From: Zygnema circumcarinatum SAG 698-1b
Lineage: Eukaryota > Plantae > Zygnematophyceae
Length of the DNA: 64,000 nt
Direction of reading: 5' to 3'
NCBI GenBank assembly: GCA_037447605.1
Contig: CM074806.1
Location: 3,472,001-3,536,000 of the forward strand
This document shows, piece by piece, positions 10,901 to 22,796 of this stretch. Position numbers and translations under genes: made by a program. The first letter of the stretch is position 1; every line of letters starts with the position of its first letter. The notes beneath the pieces were generated by a model, which saw nothing but the letters and a program-made list of their open reading frames with translations, was not told the DNA's origin and ran no database searches.

Positions 10901-13900
10901 ATAAGGTCAATGCAAAGGCGGCAGCCTTTATCTGGAAATGACAATCGCATAGAGCGCGTTGGCGCATCACTTGGGTCATGATCTGATCTTCCTCAGCAAC
11001 ATCAAGTAATGTAAGCGCTTCGCGCCGTAAAGGCAATCCAACAGACATGAATCAGTGGTGACGAACGCTTTTCATGGTAATCTGTTGAGTGCGCGATAAC
11101 CTGATGCACATCCTCAGCGGCCATGTTACTGCCAACAGGCAATGTGAGGCAGGAAGGGCCTTCAAATGGGTTATGCGGTTTATCACGTAGAATTGCCAGT
11201 ACACTGTGGCATCTGTTCGGTTGCTTTCGGGCTTAAGCCGATCAGTCAAGGCGCAGCTTTCTCTGGCTAAAAGGGATTGTGTGCCCCGGCTTCCCTAGAT
11301 GGTGGCGACCCTCTTGGAAGCCAGTGGAGACGTCCGAGCTGGTACAGGCAGAGGTCGATTTTAGATGGAGACGGCTCGGAGCGGGTCCGTAGATGTGGTC
11401 TGCGTCCTGACCTTCGTCGTCAGCAGGTAGCAATGGCTCCATGACTCAGCGTGGGCAAGGTGCAAACCTTCCTTGGCTGCTTGGCCCAAGGCCCCAGTGA
11501 GCGGCAGATAAGAGTGGGGGCGGTGTGATGGCGCGGATGTGGCTATCCAGGTCAGGGGTAGCGTGCGCCGGCTCTGCAGAATGCGATGTGGGACGGAAAA
11601 GCTCCATTTGCTGCCTTCGCGCTGGTTAACCGAGCGGCTCCCAAAATAACAGTGATCAGGCGGTTGTGTTGGAAGACAACTGGCCTGCCAGAATGTTAGA
11701 TTGGAACTAATCTTAAATGTGGACGCTGCCAGGAGATGACCTTTCATGGGTCCCAAGAGTAGCTAGCTCCGAGTCAGAGGATCTGTAGTAGGCTTATAAC
11801 AACAAGCGCAAAAACTAACAAAGTTCAGCATGCCCAGTGTCTCACGGTATCAAAGCTGGCCCAGGTAACGTGGCTGGTGGAACAATGGTGAGGCGATGGG
11901 CAAGTGGAACATGAGTCGCGCTGTCCTGCTGCGAAGGTTGAGGGGCGGGGGCGTGGCTCAGGCAGATGTGCAGGTGAGCGGCAGCAGCTGGTCGATCCCC
12001 GTGCCTCCACCAGGATGTTTCTTCCTGGGTCATCAAGGGCAGTGGGTGGGGAGGGTCGGCTCAGGGTGTGCTGAGGAACCGCGCATGCGCACGAAGCATG
12101 GGAGGTGCTTCCGTGAGCATGCAAAGCATCCAGTGGCACGTGCGTGGGAACGTGATTCCCATGACATTGAGGTCGAGAGCGTGCCGTCACCGTCGTCACG
12201 ACGTCCGTAGAGTCCAGAGGACCGCTAGATCGGCAGGGAGGGGAATGGAAGACAGGGAGTGCGTCGAACACAGAGAGAGTGGTGATCCAAAGGTCTGCGA
12301 CCAGGTTTAGAATGTCCAGAGGTTCCAGGAGCAAATGTGCCACATCCTGGGCCAATTCAAATGCTGCTCATCTGGCATGTGGCCGCGAGCCCCCTAGGGC
12401 TGCTAGGTCCCATTTAGAGTTTTCCAGCCACCTCCCTGCTATCCTGCATGTGCAAAGGCAATCGGGCCTTGTGCCCCCTCCCACCTGGCAGCGGAAGCAC
12501 TTGTTCTTCACTGCGTCTTATGCATCCTCTGGAGTGGCTTCTTCCAAGGATCCCAAGTGATAGGGCGGCAGCCGCTTGGGGCCTTTGCCTGTCTTTCCTC
12601 CCAACTCGCAGGGCTGGAGGGTCCCGCTCACAAAGCCCTGTCACGATCGCCGGTCCTCTGCCTGGGTCAAAAGGGCTTGCAGTGGCCTGCAGGCGGTGTC
12701 GGCTTGAATCGCTCGCGAAGTGAGTCAAGTGGCGGAAATTCGCATTGCGTGGGTTAGTTGGCTTGTTCCTCAGCTGTGGCTTGGAGGCTGGGTTCCCTGA
12801 AGTGAAGGAGGAACTCGTCCTGGCCAGGCTTGTAATGGTGACCTGAGGACACCACTTGTCGCGCAGGTCTCGCAGACTGCTTGCGCGCTGGTTTGGACCA
12901 TGTTCTGAAACTTATCCGGGCCTCCGAAGCGGGATCCAAGACCCCAAAGTGTTTGATGTAGTCAGTCTCTGAAGCTTCTCCCCAATCATCCCCCGATCTC
13001 ATAGAGAGGCCCTCGTCCAGCCACGGTATGCAAGCCCCTCTGAGTGCAGGGTAGCAAAGCTTACCCCGCTGGAGGGGGGCAGTTGGTCGCCAAAGGTAGC
13101 CCTTCGTTTGGTCCGACAGCTGCTCCGGAGTCGGCGGTGACACTGATGCCGCCCCGAAAGGAAGAGCCACCTTGGCCGGCTCCGTCAGGCATCCTCGTGG
13201 GTGCGCGGCAGGCGGCCAGGGAGGGGCTGGATGTCCTCCGCCCCAGCTCCCCCCGCGGGGTCCCGGCTGCTGATGACCGGCCAGCCCCCATGGAGTCAAC
13301 TCCCATGGAAAACCACAGAGGTCAGATCTCAGTGGCTCGGCAGCCAATCAGGCATCGACAGGCGCACTCAGGAGTGGCCTGCCTAAGCCCCTTCCCCAGT
13401 ATCACTCATCACTCCTCTCCACCATGTGCAAGGTCGCACGTGCCTCCTGGATGCCAGCATCTGTCAGAGGTTCAGACTGCGTTTGGCATCTAGGCCAGCA
13501 AGCGGCCATGAGCTGTGTGGTGGCCTTCTTCAGCAGCAATGTCGCGTTCTCCTCCAGCCAGTCTATTCCCCAGATCCTCGATCCTGTTCCCTCGTCTCAG
13601 CGCGCCCGCGGTGATGTGGGCCCCGAGTAATGGGGTGGGGCCCGGTTGAGGCTACCGGCGGCAGGGGGCTCCGGTTCGGGTGGGGAGAGGGCGGTGGGTC
13701 TCAGGTCACCTTGATCGCAGGGTAGATGAGCTCGGCAGTCGTGGGACGGGCGTGGTCTGCAGGAGGTCTCCTTGCGTCTGTCGTCCCGGGACGGGAGGTG
13801 GAGGTGGCGGCTCCCCGAGAGATTCCCGAGTCACTGGGCAGGCGAGTCATCACCAGGTAAACCAGTCGGTCTCCCTGGAAGAGAAAAGCCAAGACGGCGG

Positions 13901-14620
13901 CTGTGATCCGATGTGGCGCTGAAAGGGTCTCAGCCTGCAGGAGGAATAGTACCGGCTGAGCAAACGGAGTTCAGATTGGGAGGGATTTCAGAGAGGGAGA
14001 AACCCTTCGGAGTGGGAGCGCCCAGGATGGGCGTGCGATCGTGCTCAAACCATCGGTTGGGTGGCGGCAGTACCAGCACTCTTTTGCCGCTCCCCGGTGA
14101 TACATTTCATGAAAGATCGACAGGGTCTTCAATAAAGCGGCATGTGCCGCTCTCGCTCGAATAGGTCAGAGTGTACGCTCGTCGAGATATCACCAGCATC
14201 CAGCAGCACGCGCACAAGCAGGCACGCACATCCATCGATCCGCCGTTCAATCCTTGCAGCCAGCGCGAGTGCGACTGGCACTCATACCAGCGAGTAACCC
14301 ATAATTGTGCCAGGCGATCATCGTCCAACGTTAAGGGTGTGGTCGGGATTCCCGTGATGCCTCGGCGCGGTGGCGCCACCGACCGTGTATGTCTCATTAT
14401 GCCGCGCCCATCGAAGTCCTGCGGCTCGCAGCTCGATTCAGGAGTGCTCCCGTCCCAGTCCCCGGCAGCCTGCAGCCGCTCGGCCGCGCCCGGGTGAGAG
14501 TCCTAGGACGGACGCGCCAGCAGTGCCACCAGGATGTGAGTGGCTGTCACGTGCGCTCGCTCGCGGCTGCGCCCGCACGACTCTTGGCTGGCCAGGTGGG
14601 ACTGTTTCCGCACTACCCTC
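7935..14620 (-). mobile_element. Degenerate near-full-length Ty3/gypsy LTR retrotransposon (LTR-gag-RT-RH-IN-LTR)
   Basis: Minus strand: gag remnant W...HFGVLDPASEAR (~12800-13000); RT VMVVVYLDDI (10821-10850); PDPAK...YSRKLI (~10560-10690); integrase core remnants (~9180-9800); GPFKVVKRI (~8852-8878). Diverged direct repeats at ~7935-8420 and ~14075-14600 are probable LTRs, and a TGGTAC PBS-like motif follows the 5' LTR (~14069-14074). RT-RH-IN order indicates gypsy. Confidence 0.85.
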
Positions 14621-14699
14621 GTCTAGAATGTTAGCGTCCGCAGAGGGCTTGTGCCCCTTTTTTGACGCCCTAAAGGACGATATTTCCAGCGAGGCCATC

Positions 14700-16560
14700 T
14701 ACCTCTTACCAGAGTCATCTTGAACACCTTGAATGTTGCCTGCCTCCTGAGGTTGGGAAGCTTCATGCTTCTTCTTCCCTTCTTTCTAACCGTAAAGCCA
14801 AGGGTTGCTCTGCAGCTGCTCGCCTCACCACAGCACTTTCTCATGGAGGGAAGCAGGTGCTCACTAAAAAATGAGGTCCATTTGGATGAGGCTGGAGAGG
14901 CAATCTGATCACTCTCATTCCCGCTTTAGAGTCAGGTAGATAGTCGCAACTGCTTTGAATGTATGGCTCAACAGATAGAGCAGGAAGAAGAAATCTTCTT
15001 TGGTTGGCTTCTGCTTGACCAACATATGAGGATCCGCAAATTCCCACAAGGAAATGACGCGCTACCAGTTTAGTGGACGGCTGGTACTTCATTGTGACCT
15101 GGGCGCTGGGTGTGAAACGCAAAGTGTTTGAGAAGTTTCGGAAAACAGACTCACAAAGCCCATCAGCCTGTGCAAGGCGCTGAATGTACATTCCAACACT
15201 CACTTGCAGGTCAGAAGCAAAAGTCACCGTTGAGGAGGGGGCATTGGGTAGCGCGGAAATAACCCCGCACTTGCCCGATCCACTCCTCAATCGGGTAGTC
15301 GGAGCTTGGCCTGTCCCCCCAATAAGAGATCGGCGTCACCTCGGCCCGATTCTTAAAGGACAGGTCCTGGCGGTCGGGAGCAGCCCCCCTCATGGGGTCT
15401 CCCTTCAAACCAGCGAGGTCGGCCCCGCAGGACCCCGTGGCTCAGCCGCGGGCCACCAGCCAGGCAGGAGGGGTCAGGGCGGCGCGGGGGCGGCCGTGGA
15501 TGGGTGAGACCCCCGCACGCTGGCTGGGCACTTCACTCTGAGCCCCGTGCAGGTCCCCTCGCGCGGACGGGCGGGAGACGCCTGTTCTGCGCGGCTCAGG
15601 TCCCCTTTGCTTCCAGGAGGGGCTGGTCCTCTCCCTCTCTGGGAGGGGGGTAGTGGGCTTCTTGCAGAGGTGGAGGAACCTCAGTTCCGGGCAGGGGTTC
15701 TGGCCCCACGGGGGTTGTAGGGTGATCTGGCGCATCGTCTGCTCGAAGCCATCCACCTTACTTGCGGTGGTGGCGATAACCTCCTCCAGCACCGCGAATT
15801 TCTTCGCGGCGCTCTCCTCTGCCGCGCGGAGGATCCATCCCGCCTCCATGCCGAGGGGGATGCCGGGGTTCAAGGGAGGGATCTGGGTCCACTCCTTAAC
15901 GCGGGAAGGGACCCTTCCCGATCGCGAACGGGACGCCTCCCTTTGAGGCACCGCAGCGGTCGGCGATTGCGGCTGCAGTTGAGGCGCAGCCGGAGGATGC
16001 GGCTGCTGCACCCTCGGCGATTGGGGCTGCGAATGCAGCCATGGTGAAGGAGCCGGCCCCCGTGAGGTCGTCGGGGCAACTGGAGCAAGAGCCGGAGGCG
16101 CGTACCCCGTCTCCATGGGCTCGTGTGTTATGTGTGTCTGGGGCCCCTCACCATCTCCAGTCTTCAGTGCTTCAGGATCCACTGTAGCGCCCTCCTCCCA
16201 GCAGGTGCTCCTGAGACTCTGATTTCGAAGAGAGAGAGGAGGAGGGAGGAGAGAGAGGACGTGAGCTCCAATGCTGGTGGCACGTGCCCGGATGCCTCCG
16301 CATCCGGGCGCGTATCCCATATGTATGCTTCCGCGCGCCGTCGTGCGGCGGCGCATAATCCTGCTGGCCGCGGGTCCGTATGTCGGTCGGCCCGTACATA
16401 AATGTACGGACGATTAGTACTTTCCAAAAGGGGAATCAAAGGCCTCAGCGCCTTGGTTCGAACTCAAAGATGTTTCGGGACTTGAGAGATCTCCGGTATC
16501 CCTTAGTCGGTACCGGGGTGAGGATACTCGGGCGAGTTATCGCTATCTAATGACCACAGA
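14700..16560 (-). mobile_element. Further retroelement 5' portion: Pro-rich ORF plus gag remnant
   Basis: The 304 aa Pro-rich ORF 15442-16356 runs into gag-like YWGDRPSSDYPIEEWIGQVRGYFRATQ (15211-15408). A PBS-like TGGTCATTAGA lies at ~16545-16555 on the minus strand. Confidence 0.55.
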
Positions 16561-17999
16561 TGACTGTACCTCTTTCACTTCAAAAGTATTCACTTATTCA
16601 GATTCACACGCATAAAGATCGATAAACGGGATAGAGGGGTGGAGGGCCCTCAAAGGGCATCCCACTCACGGACTGAGTGTCCAAGGAGGTGCGGCAGTCA
16701 GCTTGCAAATAATCCTCTCAGACAAAAGCGAAGGCCGCGGCAAAATTTGATATTCAAATCATCGACTGTACAAGAGGCCTGACGCAGTATAGAGGAGGCA
16801 CTGGAAGGTGCCCTACCAAGCCCCCCTCCATAAGGAGGTTCTCCATGTCAGGTGTGCAGAACCACGCGCTGCGGTCATAAGGAAAAAGACAGGTCCCGCT
16901 TCTGCATTGACAGCTACAGCTCAGATGAACATACAGCTTTGCTCCGAGAAAAGCCTGCATGACAATGGATATAATAACAAAGATAGATACCTTCAAGATA
17001 GCATCGTCAGGCATGTTGAGAGAAAGTAAGAGGGAGAGGAGGGAAGGGAGAGAGGGAACGCAGAGAGAGAGAGAGAGTGAGAGGCAGAGAGACAGGGAGA
17101 GAGAGATCGAGGGAGAGATTGAGAGGGAGGGGGACGTACTTCGAGCACAACAGAACCCAGGTGCAATTTAACTGCCCCACTTGCATGGATTTTTAACTTC
17201 CCCATAAGGCCACCTGGCAAGTCACTGAGCTTGGGTCACTCCCAATCCCAGGCAGAGGCTGCCCTCTCCCTCGCCTTCTCTCTCTGCCCCAATCAGAGAT
17301 ATCCCCAAGTGGCAGAGAAGAATGGCAATTGAAAAAAGAGCAGCCCTTCCTCATCAAAGTTTCTCCTGCAAATATCGCAATGCCACACACAAGCCAACAA
17401 ATAAAAAGCCCTCCGTTCGATAGCTTGTACTTTGCTTCTTAAAGGGTTTTCTGGGCTACACTCCTCGCATCCATCTACCTTGTCCTAATACATGTTTGCG
17501 GCACGAGATTATCACCAAAACCACAATTACGACCGACCAAGTACTGCCACCTCCCTTTCCATCCACGACTTTCTTGTTCGCGCTCATAATTTTCAAGAGT
17601 TTCATGCCTTCGATGAATTTTCTGGGCTTCAGCATCCTCGTTAAACGCAGCCTTTGAGCCGCCTCTCCAGATCCGTTTTGGTTCGTATTACAATGCAGAG
17701 CACAAACAACCAACTCTTTCCTTTTAAAGTTCGAGTTCTAGGCTTTAAATTGAGTTGTTGGAAAGGCAGTGAAAGAGATGCCACAATGTGGAATGCATTA
17801 TTTGCACTTTGTGTCTTTAGATAACCAACAAATTGGGTACCAAATCCATGTTTCGAACCGGACTGTAGTAGCCGTAGAGGTAGAGTGGTCGGGTAATTTC
17901 GTGAATAGTCTCACAGAAACAGCAGTAGCTTTTTCAAGCTCTGAAGTGTAGGAGCATCAGAAAGAGAAGACCTGCAAGCCTCTGCTCACAAAGCGCGTG

Positions 18000-20900
18000 G
18001 GTCTCGAAAGCCCTGTCTGAGCGCGATGGCTGCCGCGGGGATCTGCAAAGGATTTCTGCATGTCAAGGGCCGAGAACCACCGGTCATCAGGGGAGACGCC
18101 GTGGAGAATCAGGTCCACATCCGGTAATGTGTAGGGATCCCACTTCGTTATACATGCCGTCGATCCATGCGGGGCGCAAATCTCTCATCCGGCTTCAGGG
18201 CGGAACAACCGCGATGGCTCACGGTTCTTCTCAGTTCCATGATGCAAGGTTCAGTTGCTGGTGGATGTGTGATGGACCTGCCTGGAGCTCCTCGGAAGGG
18301 TGCAGGAGTCGGGGTCATGGCGGGAGGCGCATCCCCGCTGGATGTGGTGCTCGATTTAATGAGTCTCGAATCTGGGGTGAATGTGATGCGGCTCAGGTGA
18401 TTTGGGGCGGCAGCACTCTCAGTAGTCAAGAATGCTGACACGGGTATGGAGGACGGCAGGCCTTCATGAGCTCCTGTGTCAACCCCTGTCACCGATGGTC
18501 TCATATGGGGAAGCTGGGTCCCAGTGTCACTGCAGGCAGTTCTTACATCGCAACACCGAGAAGCGGACTGGAAAGGCAGGAGGAATCTCGTAGTCAATGT
18601 CAGAATTGGCCGAATCATGTAAGAAGAATGGGCGGGCTGCCGACCGAATGGTACATGGTGATCTCCGGGTAGGAGAGTCTGACCGTGGCGTGGCGCTGGA
18701 AGGCCGGAGGTGGTAGGACTCGAGGATGATGAGAAGGACGGTTATCGCCAGCAGATGACCACCTGGGCATGTAGCAAAGTCAGTTTGTGCTGCCATTCGC
18801 GATGAGCCATTGTTCAGACCGGCAGCGGATCGGGATGGTGTCGCGGCCGTGGGTGGCTGCGTTCAGGTTGTGGCTGCCATCTGGCCAGCAGGGCTGGGCA
18901 GCCACTGGCGCTCCCCGTCCTTCATGTAAGCTCCCTTCAACTCCCACATATCGGGGATGGGCTCCAGCTGTTCTCTTCCCGCGCACCCTCGCCCTTCATA
19001 AGGCTGGGCAGACTGTTGCGCATAGCCCCCCGTGTCGGTCATGGCTTCCTGGGATAACGTTGGGCCCATGCCGTGGCGATGATCCGCACGTTGGGTGTGG
19101 GAGTCAGAGGGAGGATCTGGAGCCTAGCGAGGAGGATGGCGGGCTGGGTCCAGGAGAGCGCGTCGCCATGTGGTGGATGTCGGTTGGCGAGGGGCCGTGG
19201 ACCCTTGGCACAGAGCAACAGACAGGCAGGGGTGTTCACCTCTACATGCTCGCTAGCTGCCGGACTGCGCCGCGGCCACCTGGTACAGTGCGTCAGCTGT
19301 GACGGTCCGATCCTAGCCTTGTCTCCCATGAGTTGATGAACCATGCGTTCAATCAGGGATAGGCCGTCTGTCGGGGGGGGTGGTCGACGATCGGCTGCTT
19401 GGGGGTAGAAACGAGCTGCCCGAGGGCGATGGGGTGGATTGACGTGCATCTCTTCGGTCGCCGGTGCCGTCGGCTCTGGCTGCGCCGCTGTCGGCTCCTC
19501 TTCATTGAGATCTTCAATTTCCTCCTCAGGCAGGGATCCCAAGGGATGACCCGTGGAGGGAGGGATGACTGAAGTTCTTCGGACAGGGGTGGCGACCGGT
19601 GGAGCCGTGCCCGAGGAACTGGCGCCGTTGACATTGGCAGGGAGGAATGGCAGGGGATGAGAATGAGGATCGCTTCGGTTGACAGGGAGCCTGCGAAGGG
19701 CAGTTGCAATCTCGGCGATCCGGGCTTGAGCATCCGCTTCAGAAGTGATGGGGGATTCGGACAAGGCCGGTTGAAATGCCGCGGCAACCTCGGCAGTGCG
19801 TGATCGGGCAGCAGGAGCGGGCTCAACACCCAATACGTTTGACAGGGAGGGGGAGTCCATGGGGTGCAGATGGATAGGTGGTCGTTGCAGGATGGTGTAA
19901 GCGGGTGAAGGAGGTGGAGGCGGGCGAAAGGAAGCCGGAGCTCTCGGTGGTGTGGGAGCAGCCGGGAGCATATCCATGAAGGTGATCTCTGCAGGTGAGC
20001 TCCCTTCAGCTGCCTCTTTCCCCTTTCGGGCCTTCTCACTTGAGAGTCTCCGCATGCACACACGGGCATCATGTCCGTCATGATCTGACGGAAGCTCCAG
20101 GGCCCATGGCGCCCAGGCAGGCGGCCGCGGGGTATGGTCGCACAGGCAGGGCGGGTACCCAGAACCCCTCCTCTCTCATCCGACGGCGCGGTGGCTGGCA
20201 GCTTCTCTCTCTTCGGGTGTGCGATCGGAATAAGGAGCCCGATATCCTGGACGAGAAACATCTGGTATGTGAGGATTCACCGCCGGCTCAATGGGATGCG
20301 CCGGATCATGAGGGTATGGGGAAAGGGGAAGGGGCTTGGTTGTGCTGGCTATGGCCAGAGGCTGCACCACAGGGGCTGTCCGGACGTCCTGAGCAGTGAC
20401 GCCGGAGAAGGAAGGCTTGTTCCGAGTAGATGTAGCGTAGGGATCGAACAACTGTTGATTCTGTGTCTTCAGGAACTGCTGGTAGAGTCGATCTTGTCGT
20501 GGATCTGTAGCGTTCATGTAATGTGGTCGTACATGTCGGTTGCCTCTCTCTTGATCCTTCTGGAACTCGCTCTGCCTTCTCTCATCAATGCACTGACATC
20601 TCATTGGTAGGTTGTCTCTCGACTCACGATGTCAAGTGGAGATCTGTCTCGCTAATGGCCTACGGGACCATTCGAGCACTCAGAAAGTCAGGCAAGTTCT
20701 GAATACATCCTTTGCATGCGCACAAAGCACTCGTGAATTCAAACAGCCGCTCATCACTGTAGCATTCTATGTAGCGAAGTCGGTCTAGCACAGTGATCGG
20801 ATCTGAAATCCAGCGTTGTCTGAAAGCTTGCTTGAATGTGTCCCTTGTCGGGTGGGCGAACATCTGCTCTGTCCAACTCGGGGGACCACTTCCGTGACTG

Positions 20901-22796
20901 CTGAGCTTTCACGCCCCGAGGGCCAGCTTAATCCACTGGGTCTCCTCAGTCTCTGTTGGCTGCCATCTCCTGAAGTATCTGGCCAGGGCCTCTGCGTCTT
21001 CATCTTCCCGAGTTCGAAGACCTCTATGATGATGCCCGTGGTATCCCTCACCTCACTTTTTCAGGAATCAAGGCTATCAGTTTTGTCATCATCTCTTCCA
21101 TCTTGCTGGGGAACTCAGATCTGACTCGTGTGCTTTTCTGCAGGTTGGTTCGAAAGCTGGAGGGTCCATGCGATCGTCCTGCCCTTGCCCCTGAAGCCGC
21201 TCGCACTGGGGCTGCCGGATGGACAAGGTGTGAACTGCGAGTGAGGTGTCTTCCTGGGAGTCAATGCTCTTCTGTGAATTTGATTTTTATCCTCCTGTGC
21301 CTTGAAGGGACTAGCATTCATGGTTTTAGAACTGGGGATCTGGTGATTGTGTCTCTGGGGGCCGCGATGGGACTTCTGGAGATGGAGCAACAGCTCCTCT
21401 CTTCACGGCATGCCGCGGCGTGGCAGCGACCGCGAAGGCGCTCAGGCTTGGTCACTGCGGTCATCCTCGGCGAGTTTGTGGCCATCGTCCCTGCAATGAA
21501 ACATGCAGCTCTTCAATGGACTCGGTGTCCTCCAAGGTAGCCGGACTGGGATAAGGTCTCTTCGTGATCCTCAGCCTTCAGTCTCTCTCTGGCTGCTTCT
21601 CTCTCTAAGCCTGGATCCGTATCTAGAATTACGAATGGCCTGTCTTCTCTTCTGAGGTGCCAAGTCTTCATCTGAATACCAATGAAGGTCTTCTTGCCCT
21701 CTTGTGCGCTCTCATGCATGGCAAGTCTGACACGAGTCGCAGGATCGGCAGCCTCACAGTGTCAATCAATGGATCTACAAGAATCTGGCTTGATACAAAT
21801 AGTGGGTTGATAAACATCAGCTGACTCAGAAGTCTGTGCGGCCACTGGCGTGTCCGTCCTGGAAACCGGCAATGAGGTGGGGTGGTGTCTGGTCTCCCCT
21901 CCGGCATAAAGCGGGTGCGGGGGTGCCAAAGGTGCCGCGCAGGGGCGGAGAGGCGTGAGCACCGAAAGCGTTCCACCGCGGCTCGACTGATTCGCAAAGA
22001 GCCCTTCCTTGGGGACCCTCCTCCTCTCCTCTCTCCGGCTCAGTCTCTTAGCTGAGCTTCTAGTGATCCATGGTCATTGAGAGCAATCAAGGCAGGATAG
22101 ACGAGATGGGGCTTGGCATAGTGACGGCGGAGGGGAAACGGGACACAACTTAGATAAAGGTGGTATTTTGGAAACTCACCCGGCCGGTTGGGCGGGAATG
22201 TCATTCTAATGAAATTGTCTTCTCCTTGAAATCTTTGTCTAACTGGGCTGAATGGGACGTCCCAAATCTTTATCGGCAAGAGACTCTTTCTCTCTCTCTC
22301 TCTCTCTCATCTATATGCAGGGCTCTCTCTCTCTCTCTCTCTCTCTTCTTTAGCATGTCACATTCTAACGTAACTGAAGAGGAAGGAAAAGAAGAAAGAA
22401 GAACAAGACAACAAACCACACAGCAAATACAAATACTAAGCCCAGCACTAAAAGACAAAGAAACATCACTGACATCCCATCTACTAAACACTGACAATAG
22501 ATCTAGAGTCTAAGCAGAGACAGTCTCAGATTGGCCAACTGCTCACTGAGAGGCCTGACTGACTACGTGGAGCCTTCGGATAGGTCAACGAATGATAATC
22601 GGCGGCCTCAGGCGGTGTTCCCGAGTGCGCCTTGCTGGATGGTGTGCTGTTCCGTGGGCCGCCAACGCCTGGCGCCGCCTTCTCTCAATCTCCGTTGGCA
22701 GCTCCTGGATTCCGTTGATCCGTGACACGGAAGAGGCATACGTCAAGTACAATTGAACTGACGCAAATCCGTCGAACGCAGCTCCGTTGTGCTACA
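18000..22796 (-). mobile_element. LTR retrotransposon copy B: LTR (22796-~21995), gag, Pro-rich linker, aspartic protease remnant
   Basis: The terminus ...GCTACA is the reverse complement of the copy A start. gag motif TFKQAFRQRWI (~20810-20845); protease-like AMTDTGG (~19025-19045); 340 aa Pro-rich ORF 19039-20061. The inner boundary is approximate. Confidence 0.75.

Noticed and set aside
16445-16470. tRNA T-loop-like GGTTCGAA
   Set aside because: No cloverleaf context.
3798-22796. Polinton/Maverick, DIRS or giant TIR transposon
   Set aside because: No TSD, and no recognisable polB, capsid, tyrosine recombinase or transposase; the interior is gypsy gag/pol debris.
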